A DNA stretch of 59,395 nt, filler included, from Platydemus manokwari (lineage: Eukaryota): NCBI GenBank assembly GCA_037951405.1. It is 4 parts of 4 records of this genome, joined end to end, with 100 filler letters (N's around TTAATTAATTAA, not from the genome) between each part and the next. Parts side by side here need not be neighbours in the genome. Positions count along the whole stretch, not along the records: positions 13,717 to 36,786 come from JBBMOY011144770.1; positions 36,887 to 48,741 come from JBBMOY010427777.1; 2 more parts are not named here. The stretch is one strand, 5' to 3'. Of this stretch, positions 26,935-40,373 are shown in pieces; the first letter of the stretch is position 1, and every line of letters starts with the position of its first letter. Under the pieces are notes generated by a model that saw nothing but the letters and a program-made list of their open reading frames with translations, did no database searches and was not told the DNA's origin. A program made the position numbers and the translations under genes.

Positions 26935-27005
26935 ATTTATTATTATTATTATTGCTATTATTATTATTATTATCATTATTATTATTATCATTATTATTAT
27001 TATTA
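26935..27005. repeat. (TAT)n microsatellite
   Basis: Direct reading. Confidence 0.95.
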
Positions 27006-28403
27006 GTGTATTTGGAATTCGTTTCATTTATTTGCAAAATTATGTTTTTTTATTTAGTAAAATATGTCTAATTTAAACCACGAGCTTGGTCCTGAGAAGT
27101 AAATGTTACATTTCGAAGTATTTATTAGCAAAGAAAATTATTGGAAAAAACATTTGTGGATTTTTTTAATTGGCTAATTTCTAATATTGATTCATTTTGC
27201 AAAATCTTCACAGAATTTTATGTTAACTCTAGGATTTTAATTGGCTATTGGAAAAAGTCTTGAAAATATTTCTTATGATCAACAAACTATTCGTCTAGAT
27301 TTTCAACACAAACACACACGGAAACAGTTTAGTTACAAAATCCCCCATTTAAAAAAGAATTAATATAAAACATGTTGAAATAATATGCATAAATATGATG
27401 TATTAGCTATAATATATTAACTATAAATGTAAGGAATCATATTTATTGAGCCAATGAATCAATATAAACCAGTGAGTGAAACACCAATTCATTTCATGGT
27501 GGCTGTTGATAATAAAAATTAATGCATTAAGAAATATTTTTATTTAGCAATCTTATTTTTTGAATATCTTGTACACGTGAGTAGTTCTCGAAATATCACT
27601 GTCAATGATTGAAAGTAATATATTAGCAGATGCTGATTAATATCATGAATTAAAGTGATTTCACACGTACATCATTTGATACATGTACCATAAAAATTTG
27701 GATAAGGATTTTCTCACGTAACATAGAGCAATCTGAAAAGACAGCGTATTATTTTTTTATTGAAAAGAACTAATAAATATTTGAAAATAAAATATTGAGG
27801 AAAATAATGAGTATACTATTTATAATAAGAATACTACTTTCATTATTGTTTCTCAAAATTTTCGAAAACATTTAATCTTTCTTGACTTTGTCAATGTCTT
27901 AATGTAAAACATAATTTTAATACAATCTTTTAGGAATAAGATTAGACTTAAAGTAAATGGAACTTAAAAAACTCTTGATTGAATTTTTTAATATTTGAAT
28001 TTAGAAAACTCATCGATTTAAGAAAAACCCTATTTGACTTCAAGGTATTTTAGTAAAATTAATTGTTAATAATTAATAAGTTATGTACCATTAATTATTT
28101 TGTTAATTACTTTTTCTTAAATTAATATATTCTTGTGTTTAATAACTTTACAATTATTCATCTAAATATTCTAATAATTGTTTAATCGTATCACATTAAA
28201 CATTTGATCAAATTATTAATCTTTAAATAATCATGTATTTTGTAAAAATTCCAGCCTTTGAAAAGCATGCTTTATCCATTTCCATAAGTCGAAAATTTAT
28301 TAATTATTAAAATATCAAGAATATCAAGTTAGAGACCCAATAGTGAAATGCTAACTATTAATGAAGTGTGATTTTCAACAGTTTTTCAAATATTTCTTTC
28401 ATG

Positions 28404-29024
28404 TTAAACATCTTTATTGTTGTTTTCGAATTTTTCGCCCGACTCTGAGCTTCCACCACTGCGGTTGTCTTCATCAATGTCTTTATCTATACAAATTTTT
28501 GGAATTATTAACGGTTTCTTTGCATAGTTTTCTTTCGACCGAAACAATTTAAAAGTATTAATCGAGCTCGGTAAGGTACTTTTCTGAGAATCTTTTTCAC
28601 AGATTTCCGTTGAAATAGCTCTCGATAATAGTTCTTTGACTTTTTCTTTGGGACTTTTATCAACTGGCATTAAACGGAGAATTTTCTGTTTATCGGAATT
28701 GTGTCGAATGCTTTGAATCTCTTTCAAATATAACGATATGGTTTTGTCCATTCGATTCTTTCGAATCGTTGATGCTATCAAAAGAGCAATACATAATCCC
28801 CAAATGAATATAACGGCTGATACATAAATTCCAGCTCCTTTCGGATCGTAATTAAGCATAAATTGACGTCGTTCTAACTGTTCTGATGTTAGAGAATCAG
28901 CTTGAGGATCATTACTTAAGATAGAAACCAAAAGGTAGTTTGATGAACCATTTATCGACTCTAATTTCAAACGGAATTTATCTTTACTTAGAAGAAGTTG
29001 ATGAAGGTGGTGATGAACCCACAT
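28404..29024 (-). CDS. Single-pass membrane protein with KCNE/MinK-like TM signature (206 aa from first ATG)
   Basis: One hydrophobic segment GIYVSAVIFIWGLCIALLIAS followed by TIRKNR; NGS sequon upstream. The frame stays open to an AG acceptor at 29081-29082, so an upstream exon is possible. Confidence 0.75.
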   Translation of the reverse strand: MWVHHHLHQLLLSKDKFRLKLESINGSSNYLLVSILSNDPQADSLTSEQLERRQFMLNYDPKGAGIYVSAVIFIWGLCIALLIASTIRKNRMDKTISLYLKEIQSIRHNSDKQKILRLMPVDKSPKEKVKELLSRAISTEICEKDSQKSTLPSSINTFKLFRSKENYAKKPLIIPKICIDKDIDEDNRSGGSSESGEKFENNNKDV

Positions 29025-31259
29025 AACTGAAATATCTGGAGAAGGCAATAATTGATTTATGCAATTATTTTGAACACTGCCTACAATCTAGTAAGAGAAT
29101 ATTATTAAATACTAAATGTTCAGCCAATCAAAATAGAATTTCTCTTATCTCTATGAGTGAGGAGAAGAAAAATCTAATATTGAGCCTTGTTGAAATTATA
29201 TTTGATTCTAACTGGCTTACGAATACAAATGCAGAGATTTTATGAAAATGATAAAGTTAAATGAAAATTTATATAGTCAGTTCATGTTATTTTCCAAAAA
29301 AATGTGTTTTTCAAGGTTGTCAAAAGTTGATGTAGATAAAGAGGACAATCTTGGATTTACCGAATTAATTCCTTCATTGCTAAATAAATTGAATCTTTGA
29401 TTTTCTTTCATTGAAAAAACAGACATTCAAGTTTTCAACGAGAAATATTAACGATAATTTCTAATTCTCAATTATAATTACCAAAATTTAATTAGCATTT
29501 AATTAGATTTCATTTAAAAAAATAAATGTTGACTCATCGATTATGAGCCAATGAAAATTGGTTGAATATGAAAGATAAAATGTAAGACTCGTTTCTGGAA
29601 GCAATTATGATAAAATTCGGAATTTATAAATGTTTAATATTTTATTGCCTCAGTATCAAAGTTTATCCGTAAACTAATTTCATATATCCATGTGACGAAT
29701 TTTTAATATGAAGTGTTCTATTTATTGATTAAAAATTTATTCCATTTTCTCTGTTCAATTTATTAAAACTGCAGTATCTGTTATTATTTCTATATGATAA
29801 ATTCTTGAGAATATCAATTAAATGTTTCTGGTAGGTATGGGAATGATAATTTAGCTTTCACTTATAACAATGATTCCATTTATATCAAATTAATGTTCTT
29901 CGAATATTGTTGTCTTAATAATATATGAGAAAGCCTCCGCTGAGGAATCAGAAAGAAAATTTATCCACCCCAGAACAAATTTGCTAGCAAAATAAATATT
30001 TGTAATCAATTGTATCAACTTCGGAAATTTGATGACAATAAGCTGACGGCTTTTGAAATACGTGTTTGTGTGACAATTTCACCATTCAAGAAAAACACTC
30101 CAAGTACATTGGTGATGTAAAATGATTGACATCTCATAAAAGCCTTGGCAAGTAATTTTTTTCAAGACTTTCTTGATTAAATTTATGTGTGTATATATAT
30201 ATATATAAACATTCTTGAAAATTAATAGTTTATTGGAACACAGGTATTATAAACAGTAGCTAAAAAAATTCACAATATCAGAAATTATAAAATTTTCCTT
30301 TTCCCAATAGATTTTAAATCACCTTTTTGTATTTCACTCAAAATATGAATATGATAGAATTCTGTAACTATCCTATTAACTAACTCGAATTATCAATATT
30401 AATAAATTAGGCTTATATTTTCTCTTTATATTGTACAGGTATCTCGATATTTAAAATTTTCTCAATTCACCGATATTTAATCTGTTCAGTACAAAAAATG
30501 GAGCTAACGGAGATAACGAAAACTGTTGTTTTCAAGGCTGAAAGGTTAGAACGAGTTTTAAAACAATGTAAATATTCTATGTATTATTTAATCACTTATC
30601 GTAGACCAAAATATTTCAAAGACATCAATTTCTTAGCTTAGCCGATACTAGTTTAAGAAGATTCGTATTATTATAATACACAGTCTCTTAATTCAATTAG
30701 CTTCTACTTCAGGTTTCTCTATATTTGTTCTGAATTTCATCGGAATGACTCCTGTATTTATATTGTTTCCCATAGAAACACCTCAGTAAGGTTTTCCAAA
30801 ATTATTTTCCACAATTAACATAAATCTTCAAGAACTCCAAAAGTTCGGCTATCAAATTCTAAAACATTGTTTAAATTACTCGAATTTATTTTATTCAGCT
30901 GTCAACTTAATTTTTCCAAGAAAACACAAATGTTTAATTCAATTATTTACACTTAATTTTTATATAATCTTTCATTTTCTTATGATGATTTCTTGACTGT
31001 CTAGAAGATTAATTGTTATTTTATCTTTTTAAATTGTTTTTAAGTATTCTCAATTTTTTATTTACACTTAAATTTTCAAAATTTTATTACTTCATTCAAT
31101 TTATAATTTTGTTCTCAATCAAGTTAATTAAAACTAATCGCTTGTTATATACAGCGAACCATCTTTTTTATTATCTATAGTTATTTTTAAATTATATGAC
31201 TTATTTATAGATTTATTTTAATTTATTTTTGGGAAATTTTTTCATCTAAGCAATATTTA

Positions 31260-31442
31260 TTGCCACGTGATCATGTAAGCCAAGTGACGTACCGTAATCA
31301 TTCTCAATATTCGAATGAACTTGAAAATAGAATTAGTGATACACTCTTTGTTGTTGATAAAGGGCTGTCTGAAGTTGAGAAGCAAATTCATTGTTATATT
31401 AATGCAAATGGTGGCGATTTTGAAAAAATAGTTTTAAAGTGA
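31260..31442 (+). mobile_element. Tc1/mariner transposase C-terminal fragment
   Basis: VSQVTYRNH..SNELENRI...CYINANGGDFE resembles the VY....ELxxRI...CIxAxGGxFE end of Tc1/mariner transposases. Confidence 0.65.
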
Positions 31443-31585
31443 AGTCTTTATAATGTGAGACTTATATTGCTTCCTTATTTTAGCTTCGCGTTGCAGGATT
31501 TCTTCATGCCATTTAATATGTTAGGAAATAGCTAATATCTTGAATTATTAAAATATTATCTTATACTTTCATCTTCCTTTCATCT

Positions 31586-32830
31586 TCAACTTGTGATTTT
31601 CGCTTCTTCTATCTTCTTTTCAAAATCGCCAATCTTTTTCTCCAAATTCTGAACTCTTATTTTAAGCTCTTTTACCTCTCTTAAAAGATGGCATTCGATT
31701 ACCTCCACCAAAGGTTGCTTGCTTGCTTGTCCAGGCACTCCTTGCACCCGAACTTGAGACTGTCCTCGTTGATGACCTCCCTCCAAACATTAATGTAACA
31801 AAAGATTCGTATTGGTTTGATCATTTTCTTTTTTCTTCTCCTGTTTTCTTCATAGTCGAAAATATGATTTTGTTTGTGCTTAGTTTGTATGGTTTTTTCT
31901 GAATCTTCAGTTAGCTTTTGAGTTATTACGTGGAAATTGTCTGTGTTGATTAGTGGAAAGTCGTCGTGAGTTGATGCTGCATCGTATTCATAAATATCTT
32001 GGTATACCTTCCAAGTGATAATATCCAAATCTACATCATAGGGTTTTCTTGTTAGATTTTCTATAGTTCTTTGTTGTTTTGCTGGTTCTAATTCTTGTTT
32101 TTTTCTCGTATTTTTTGGGGTTGATCCCAATACCTTATTTTGTCTTCCTGATATATTTCTGAATATTTTTCTGCAAATACAATTAGTGCAGAAAAGTCTC
32201 GGATTTCCTATAGTTGAATTGTTCGAATTGCGTTTTAGTCCCATTTGGAGGTCATGACCTACCAGGATTTGAGGACAGATTACCGATAATGGTTTGGTTC
32301 ATATCGTGGTATAATGTAAATGCTTTAGAAATATTTTGATGTGTTGACCAAATTTGAAGAGAAATAGGTTTGTGATGTTTGTAAATTCAAATGTGATTTG
32401 TGTATGAAGAATATACATTTAATTCTTCGATTAGTTCCATCTCTGTCCTCCCGGGTATCTTCATGTTAGAAACTTGATTAACACATAATATCATTAAAGT
32501 TAACAAAAAATAGAAATGATTATTTGATGGTCCTTTTAGCTCACAGTGCATATTCTTTGTTGCCTACTTCTAGCACTTTCTTGCCCTTATTAACATGGAC
32601 TATTCTATTGTCTCACTATTTTTACCTTTATATGCTTTGAGGTTCAGATTTGTATTTGTAGCCCCACATAAAGCATACGGTCCCTTGTATGGTCTACTCA
32701 ATTTTGACGATAGCCCTCTGGTTATTTTTTTTGGTGAAATAGATGTACTAAATCTCCTTCTTTAATTTTATGCTCGTGCGTCATTCTACCAAAGACTGCT
32801 TTATAATGATTTTGATTATAATTAATTTTC
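31586..32830 (-). mobile_element. Ty3/gypsy remnant: integrase C-terminus plus downstream broken ORF(s)
   Basis: GDLVHL...RGLSSK..RPYKGPY...IVHVNK (GPY/F motif) at ~32560-32760; downstream ORFs 31699..32244 and 31586..31786 on the same strand. Confidence 0.65.
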
Positions 32831-33399
32831 AATCCGGATTTTGGCCATACTGATCGTAATCTTTCGTGTTTATTGAGCCTTTGTCCTTATTTGACAGTAT
32901 ATATTATAGGCATAAATTTATAATTTTTAACGTAAAATCAACTTATCGGTGTAACTTATCTGAGAAACGAAGTCAGATTTTAATGACCAATCGAGTTTCT
33001 AGTTAGTAGCAAACTTAATAATATTAATGAATATAATATCTTACTTGATTTCTTGTATTTCTCGAATGACAAAATTTAACACTGCACCAATATTTATATT
33101 ATAATATTTAATGCTGACTCATTTGTGTGTCTAGCATCAGTCTACTAATATAATCGTTATTTACCCAAAAATAATTTGCCATTAGCTGAAACAAACTTTA
33201 TTTCTCATTATGTTTACTTTAAATTATGAAACTTGTTTTTATTTTATTTCTTTAAATGAAATAATAATAATGATGATAATAATAATAATTTAATAATAAT
33301 AATAGTAATAGTAAATTGAAAATTGAACGAATTTTGTGGTGGTTTTTTAAGTAATGCTTCTTCTTTCCAAAGGGTTATTCTTGGACATCATATTTTGAG

Positions 33400-34860
33400 A
33401 ATTGAATTTAGGAATCATTGATTAAGTTCTTTTTTTTGAATGCGTTGATAGTTACCTTTTCCATAAATTATTGGATGACAATCGTAAGACTATTAATCGC
33501 TCATTTTCAAATTACTCATTAAAATATAAATGATAAAATTATTCACTGAAATGATTATGTTAAAATCTTTTAAAATTTTGATCGGGATTTGTGAAAGAAA
33601 GAAATTTTAGATAAAAGTCATGATTTGAAAATTTTTGATGTTTATTGAAAATGCATTTTTGCATTCTTGAAAATGTAATTTGCTAATGTAAAATATCGAT
33701 TGCAAAAAATAATCAAACTTAAAGGAAAATTGATACATAAAATATACTAAGTTGTGAGATTCAAAAATGAATAATTCTGTGAATTTGGATTTTCATTAAA
33801 TTCACATGATATTAAAAAAAAATTTTCATTTTAAAAAAAATATTAAATTCAAATAAATCACAGGGTAATTTTAATTATGTTTAGAATTAAAAAATGATTG
33901 CAATTGAATTTTAAATCTTACTTGGGAACTATAACGGATAAAATTTCGCTACTTCAAATGAAGTCAAAGAGAATTACATATTGTTATTGATCATGATTTC
34001 TTAAATGTAAATGCGTTATAGGATTTTTCAAAATCAAGCACTTCAAGAAATAAGCTGTGTATATACGTTAAAATTATACCTCTTATTATTTTATCCAATA
34101 CATTTTCTGTAAAATGAAATCAATTGAGTAATTTCTTGATATGAATTTATGTTAAATTTATGATCAAGTCTTTACACTCATTGGTTTTCGTTTATAATTT
34201 GAAAATTCAAATCAATAAGATTACTGCTACAAGTATTACTTATAATGCAAAGCAAGTATTAAATATAAATTGATTGATTTTTTATTTTTCTTTCAAATAC
34301 TTGATTTATATAGTTCTCTCTTCAAACTTACTATGTAAATTGAGATGGATAAATTATTCAAAATTATATTTTAAAGTAAATACAACAATTTGATATAACT
34401 ATATTGAATATATAAATTATATAAACATTAAAATAATGAAATAATACCTGTACATGATGATTTTTCATTATATAATAATATAAATATCGAAAATCAATAT
34501 TCATATTTAAACATATTAGAGATGGTTAGAAATATTATTCAGAATCTTAGCATCTAAAACATAGGTTATTTCAAGACTAATTTTTTTCAAATTTGTTATT
34601 ATTTTTGAAATACTTATGAAATAAATCGATTTCAATTAGATGAACTGTAGAATCAAAATCACAATTGGAACTCTTAAATATTATATGAGTGAAACAGCAT
34701 CTGACTTTCCTTTTCGCTCACTTTTTAAAATTTGGTTTCCAAAAATCTGTCGAGATGAAAGATCATTTTCACAGATGAAATTTATAAATAAAGTATTATT
34801 TTCATATAGGGATTGATTAAGCAATTTAATTCTTAACAGAATAAAAGAAAATATTTAAAT
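33400..34860 (+). mobile_element. Degenerate hAT transposase remnant
   Basis: ERSFSQMKFI at ~34757-34786 matches the hAT C-terminal dimerisation motif; 5' boundary is a guess. Confidence 0.45.
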
Positions 34861-35543
34861 TCGGCTTCAAGATCGGATTTTATTTTTATTAATTAATAAT
34901 ATTATTCTAGATTTTAAAAATAAGGAAACATTAAATATATGAAAAATCGACGGACAGGTTTTGTGATCTTTTGTGTACCTTTCTAATAAATGATAACGAA
35001 TAAAAGATTGCGTTCTGTGGTCAATATCCAAAATGTCCTTTTTGATTTGCTCACACTCATCAACATAATGAAACATTTTATTTTACCGTGATTTTAGATG
35101 ATGTTGAAGTCTGTCAATTTTATTCATACAATTGAATAGCATCAACGCCTACCATGTTGGTGTACTAACACTTTATCTTTAACGTTTACCTTACGAACAA
35201 AATTTACGTACCCAAAGGTGCTGAAGAAGAATTTGAGATTTATATAACTACTTACGTTGTAACCTAAACTTTGAAATACTAGTAAACTTTAAGATAACAA
35301 TTTACTTATTATCATTATTTCCAAATGTTTTTTACTAGAATTGGAATTGTTTTGTTTTAAATAGATAATTGTGTAATTCCTTACCTTGGGAATTATTTCT
35401 TTCTTCATTAATCATTTACAATTATTTACATGTGTTTCAAAAAAATCTTGTTACGAAAACTTAAGACTCATAAAATTAACGAATAATTTGAACATATTGT
35501 TTATGATGTGCAATCCGTGATTAATTTTATCAATGTTTTATAG

Positions 35544-35776
35544 ATTCATCAACAAAATTTATTCCACCTGCAAACTACACAACCACATCCATGAGCAATA
35601 CTTACTTCAGTTTCTGCAATTCTGAAGAAACAATTGATTCCAATCCAACATTGCTCAATTCCAATTCTCAAAATAATACTCTAACAAATGAACTTCTATC
35701 ACCTGGATCTGAAAGGCACACATTGTCGTATATATCTGACACTGATCAAGAACAGAGGCTTTGTAGCCAAGTTTAA
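35544..35776 (+). CDS. Possible terminal exon, Ser/Thr/Asn-rich
   Basis: ttttatag acceptor at 35543 followed by an open frame to TAA at 35776; no upstream exon found. Confidence 0.3.
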
Positions 35777-36786
35777 ATATGTTTTCCACACATTTCTTAA
35801 CGCCTTTATTTTCCTAGTTATTGAATCAAAATCATAGTGTTTTTGTAAATTATTATCGAAGAAAATCACGTTAATTATTAAATTTAAATTTAATTTCATT
35901 ATACATATCTGTCTGTGTGTCAGTCAATTGAATTTTTTGACAATGTTCTTATTTGACTTTATTTTTAAGAATATATTTATTTCTGTTACTCTCATTTCTA
36001 CGATGAAATGCATGTTGAATTTCAATTATTTCAATGCTTTGAAAATGTCAGATAGTAATTTAATATTTAATAGTTTGTTAATAATATTATCTTTAAGATT
36101 ATGGTTTTTCTGGTTAGAGATAGTGATTTGTTAAAATTTTAAATAAATACAATGTGATTACAATTTCTTACAAACTCTTACGAGAATTAATTTTAAATTA
36201 GATTTATGAAGTACACATCTTGCTTGTGTTATTTACGTGTTGGTAATGTAATGTGTTGGTGTCGATATTCAATTAAAATAATATATTTGCAAATATTTCC
36301 TTTAATTTCTTATAATAATTATAAATTATGGACTTACGGTAAATGATAAATGTACTCAATTTTTGTTACCATGGGTACTATTCTAGTGATCAACATATGA
36401 TAAATATTAGTTTACGAAGATTTATTGATTGTTTGTTATAAAATATAAAATACTGACTTATTTTATTTTCGTTTCTTCATGACTAACTTTATTTTATTTA
36501 TTGTGGATAATAATAATTGTGACAATAATAATAACAAAAATATAAATAGGAGTGAGGCATAAAAATAGTAAATCAGAAAATTGTTACATAGATTATTAGT
36601 AAATAAAAATAGTATCCAAACACTAATATGAAAACAAACGAAAAATTACTATAAAATTGTTGCGTTTTGGGGTCACTCTCTTTTTATTTGTTGTTTTTAA
36701 TTATTACTCCCCTCTTATTGCTATAATCGATTCTAAGACTTAATCAGTACTCTGAGTCCGTTTATGACCCTCAGGTAGCAGTGAAA

Positions 36787-36886
36787 NNNNNNNNNNNNNN
36801 NNNNNNNNNNNNNNNNNNNNNNNNNNNNNNTTAATTAATTAANNNNNNNNNNNNNNNNNNNNNNNNNNNNNNNNNNNNNNNNNNNN
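36787..36886. other. Artificial contig-joining spacer
   Basis: 44 N + TTAATTAATTAA + 44 N. Confidence 0.98.
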
Positions 36887-36901
36887 CTCAAATAAAATTA
36901 C

Positions 36902-37958
36902 TTTTGTTTTCTTGTAAATATCCATTCCATTCGCTGTCATTAAATCAAACCATTGAGGACTAATGGCTCCTACCAAGAAATGAGCAATCGTTCTGCCTTT
37001 CTAAAGAATTAAAAAATATAAAATCTAATCCAAAACCGGATGTACCTCGTCTTCATTGTCTATATCCATACCATTCTCGATTAAAAATTGCATGCAATCA
37101 TATGCCTCAGACTTTGAAGCATCAATTAAGACGGATTGGGCAAACTATAGCAACTTTCATTAAAAAAGGAAAAAGTTCAATAAACGAAAATTAACTTCAT
37201 GATCCAGTTCAAATCCATAATCGAGGAGAATTTTTAGAACTTCTAAATGATTGAAACCTATAGCATAATGAGCTAAGGTATCTGTGTTCTATAATCAATA
37301 TCAATATGATCGGAAACACATTTCTAATACCCAAATTAAGTCATACAAATATAAACCATTTCTGATATATAATAAAATCGTGTTAGAGTTCCATTTTTCG
37401 GTATAGGTACTGAGAACAAGACCCCTATTATCCTGTAAAATACATTGAAATCGTATTATATTATTCGGTAATTCTTTACCATATCTTTTCCATTGATATC
37501 ATGACCCATTTCCATCATAAGTCTTACTATTTCTTCATCACCACCATGATAAAGATGAAAAGGTAAGTAACCATTGCAATTCACAATGAACGAATCACAT
37601 TCGTAATAACAAAGGAGCTTAATTGCGTCGGTATTATTCATTTCACATGCCACATGAAGAGGTGTGTCTTCATTCTTGAGAAAATCAAAAATTAACGAAT
37701 AAAATAAAATTTTAAAAAATATCCAAACATCGTTTTGGCCATCAATATTTGTACCATTTTGTAAAAAGAATGTCAACATGGATAACGAAAATCCATATTT
37801 TATAATAATATGAAGAACATTATTTCTTTCCTGATTATAAAGGAATCTTCATTAAAACAAACGAATTATAATTAAAACACAATTACGTCATCGATTTGAT
37901 CAATCAATTTACTCCAATCATTTACATTGGAATTTTTTAGATATTCTAATAATGACAT
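36902..37958 (-). CDS. Ankyrin-repeat protein, first seven exons, truncated by contig end
   Basis: Exons 37958-37887, 37830-37729, 37674-37480, 37432-37331, 37288-37196, 37144-37046, 37000-36902; all phase-0 GT-AG introns of 42-56 bp. Repeats include NNVLHIII, EDTPLHVAC, GYLPFH, DTLAHYAI, GRTIAHFL. Confidence 0.9.
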
Positions 37959-40373
37959 TTTTAATTAAAATCAGGGATTAATTTAAACAAATTATTCTTT
38001 GTATTTACCGGTTTTGAATGTTTTTTTTATTAATTTATTCTATTGGAATTCGACTTAAAATTATTCAAAATTTTAATAATTTTCATTACACGGTGGTACG
38101 GGGATCTTTTCTTTTTGGTTTTGCAGATATTTGATCGATCTACATGACCCTGTGGCCATTATATTTGATTTGTTTTAAATTTAAATTATTTGTGAATGAC
38201 TAAGACGATTCCTTGGATTGGTTGAGGAGCACCAACTAATAAACTCATCAACAAATGGCCCGCAATTTCAGTTCAACAAACAGCTCATAATGCAAATTTA
38301 TACCATCAATAATCTCATCAAAAAATCACTAATTCGATACAAAATATTGATCAACAATTTATTGGACAAATAATCAATAAACAACAATTTATCCCTTACA
38401 CCAATTTACAAATCAACCAATTAAACTATTTGTCACCAACATATACACATATTTGTAATCACACAAAACCCTTAGATTGAATGCCAAAATTTCCATGCTA
38501 TAAATTTTCGAAACCAAATTCAAATCCAATACTGACCCAAGTTTCAATGCAACCAGTAATAAAATTCCATGACATTTATTTGAATAACAGTTTAATTTTC
38601 TTACAGTAACATGAATCTTAATTTGTGTGATTAGTTAGTGTGATATACTTTGCTTTATATTATAATGTCCATCATCTTTATATTTTATTAGGAGTGACTT
38701 TAATCCTTTGACAATATCAATTATTCTGATCCTGATCATCCTTAGTGATTCTCATAATAATTGCTTATTTATGATATAACAATACAGTTTTCATGTCTAT
38801 TAATCATAATCGTATTTAAGATAAAAGAATCCCACTGGAAAATAAACACAAAACTAATGATAGCTTATAAAAGGAATTTCATTACATTAAAATCGCTTTC
38901 GATCATTGAGAACTTTTTATACGAAATTTTGATAAATTAAAATCAACAAATGACTCATATTTTATATAATACTTTATATAATACTTCATATATAATAACA
39001 AAATAATTAAATTTATCTATTAATAATGAGATGTAAGTGAAATAAAATCTCATTATCCCAATCAAAAATCAAAATTATAAGTAATAAATTAATATCCTTA
39101 CATAAATACTGAATTTTAATGAACTCGGGATCAGTAAGTATACTTTGTTTGAAACAAAACTGAGTCTTTTCCACCCATATTTCAGGAATAGAAAAACTAA
39201 TTCCATTGAAGGAAAATTCTTCAAATTAAAAAAATTAACTCGGCTGTGGTTATGAATTGTGATTCGTTTCCTTTCTCTTTTATCAGAATGATAGTTTTCT
39301 TTTTTATATAGCTGGATTTTCTGGATTTTATCAAAGAGTTACATTGATTTTGCTCTTTTTGCTTTTGTACTTATGACTTTTCTTAGTATTCTCAAAATTT
39401 TGTTCCAATTTTTTATTAGTTGCTAGTTTCTACTGATTGATCTTCCAATTTCGGTTTTACTACTAACAAATGCATTCAAACCCAATCATGTATGTTTATA
39501 TTAAGAATATTAATATATAAAGAACATTATATATAAATAGATAAGCGAATCCTTTGTCAAAGCACTTCTAATGCACATATATTTGCCTTCCTATAAGAAT
39601 CAGTTTCTAAATAATCATTCTTAGCAAATTTCTGATGTTTTATGCAATGTGCATATACTTAACTTAAAGTTTCTTTTCTGTCAATAGTTAATTCGTCAAT
39701 CTAAGAAATGACGCTTATTTTCTTAACTCTTTTGATTATATTGAACTCAGCTTAATTGTTCTTGTAGTCTTAAGTATTTAATTTTTATTAGACAAATGTA
39801 TTAAGCAAATTTGGTGCATCGATAAAGAATTGGATATTGGTCATTGAATAGCCCTCGCAATAAAAATATTCAGATATAGATTGTCGATCTTTTCATGTTG
39901 ATCGTTAAATGACCATGACAATTTAAAATTAAATAGATGCTATTAAATATATATTATTTTAAATAAAGAATTAAAATTGAAATGTAAATTTTAAATGAAT
40001 AGGATTATATATTTTCGTATAATCATTTAAAGGTATTATATTTAGATAAACTTGCAAATACTGATAATTATTTTTTTTATTTAAAAGTTTTAATAAATTT
40101 ATTAAAAATTCAATTAATAATTTGTCATTTGTAAGTAAAAATGTCCTTTACTCTTATTTTGACTTAAAAATAGTTTTTACTTCATTAAAAAGTTGTTATG
40201 TTTGTAATATCAGTTTAAGTGAGTGACATTTTCATGCTTAGAAATTTTACTTATTTAAATAATTATTTTAAAGGTCAAATAGAGATTTTTTAAAATTGAG
40301 GCTAATTATTAATACTTCTATTTTAATATCCTGGTACATATTTTCACCAATCTAAAATTTATTATATAATAAT

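Noticed and set aside
34867-35076. 69-aa ORF with HYVDEC
   Set aside because: May be a LINE C-terminal zinc-knuckle fragment, but one weak motif is not enough to call a gene or element
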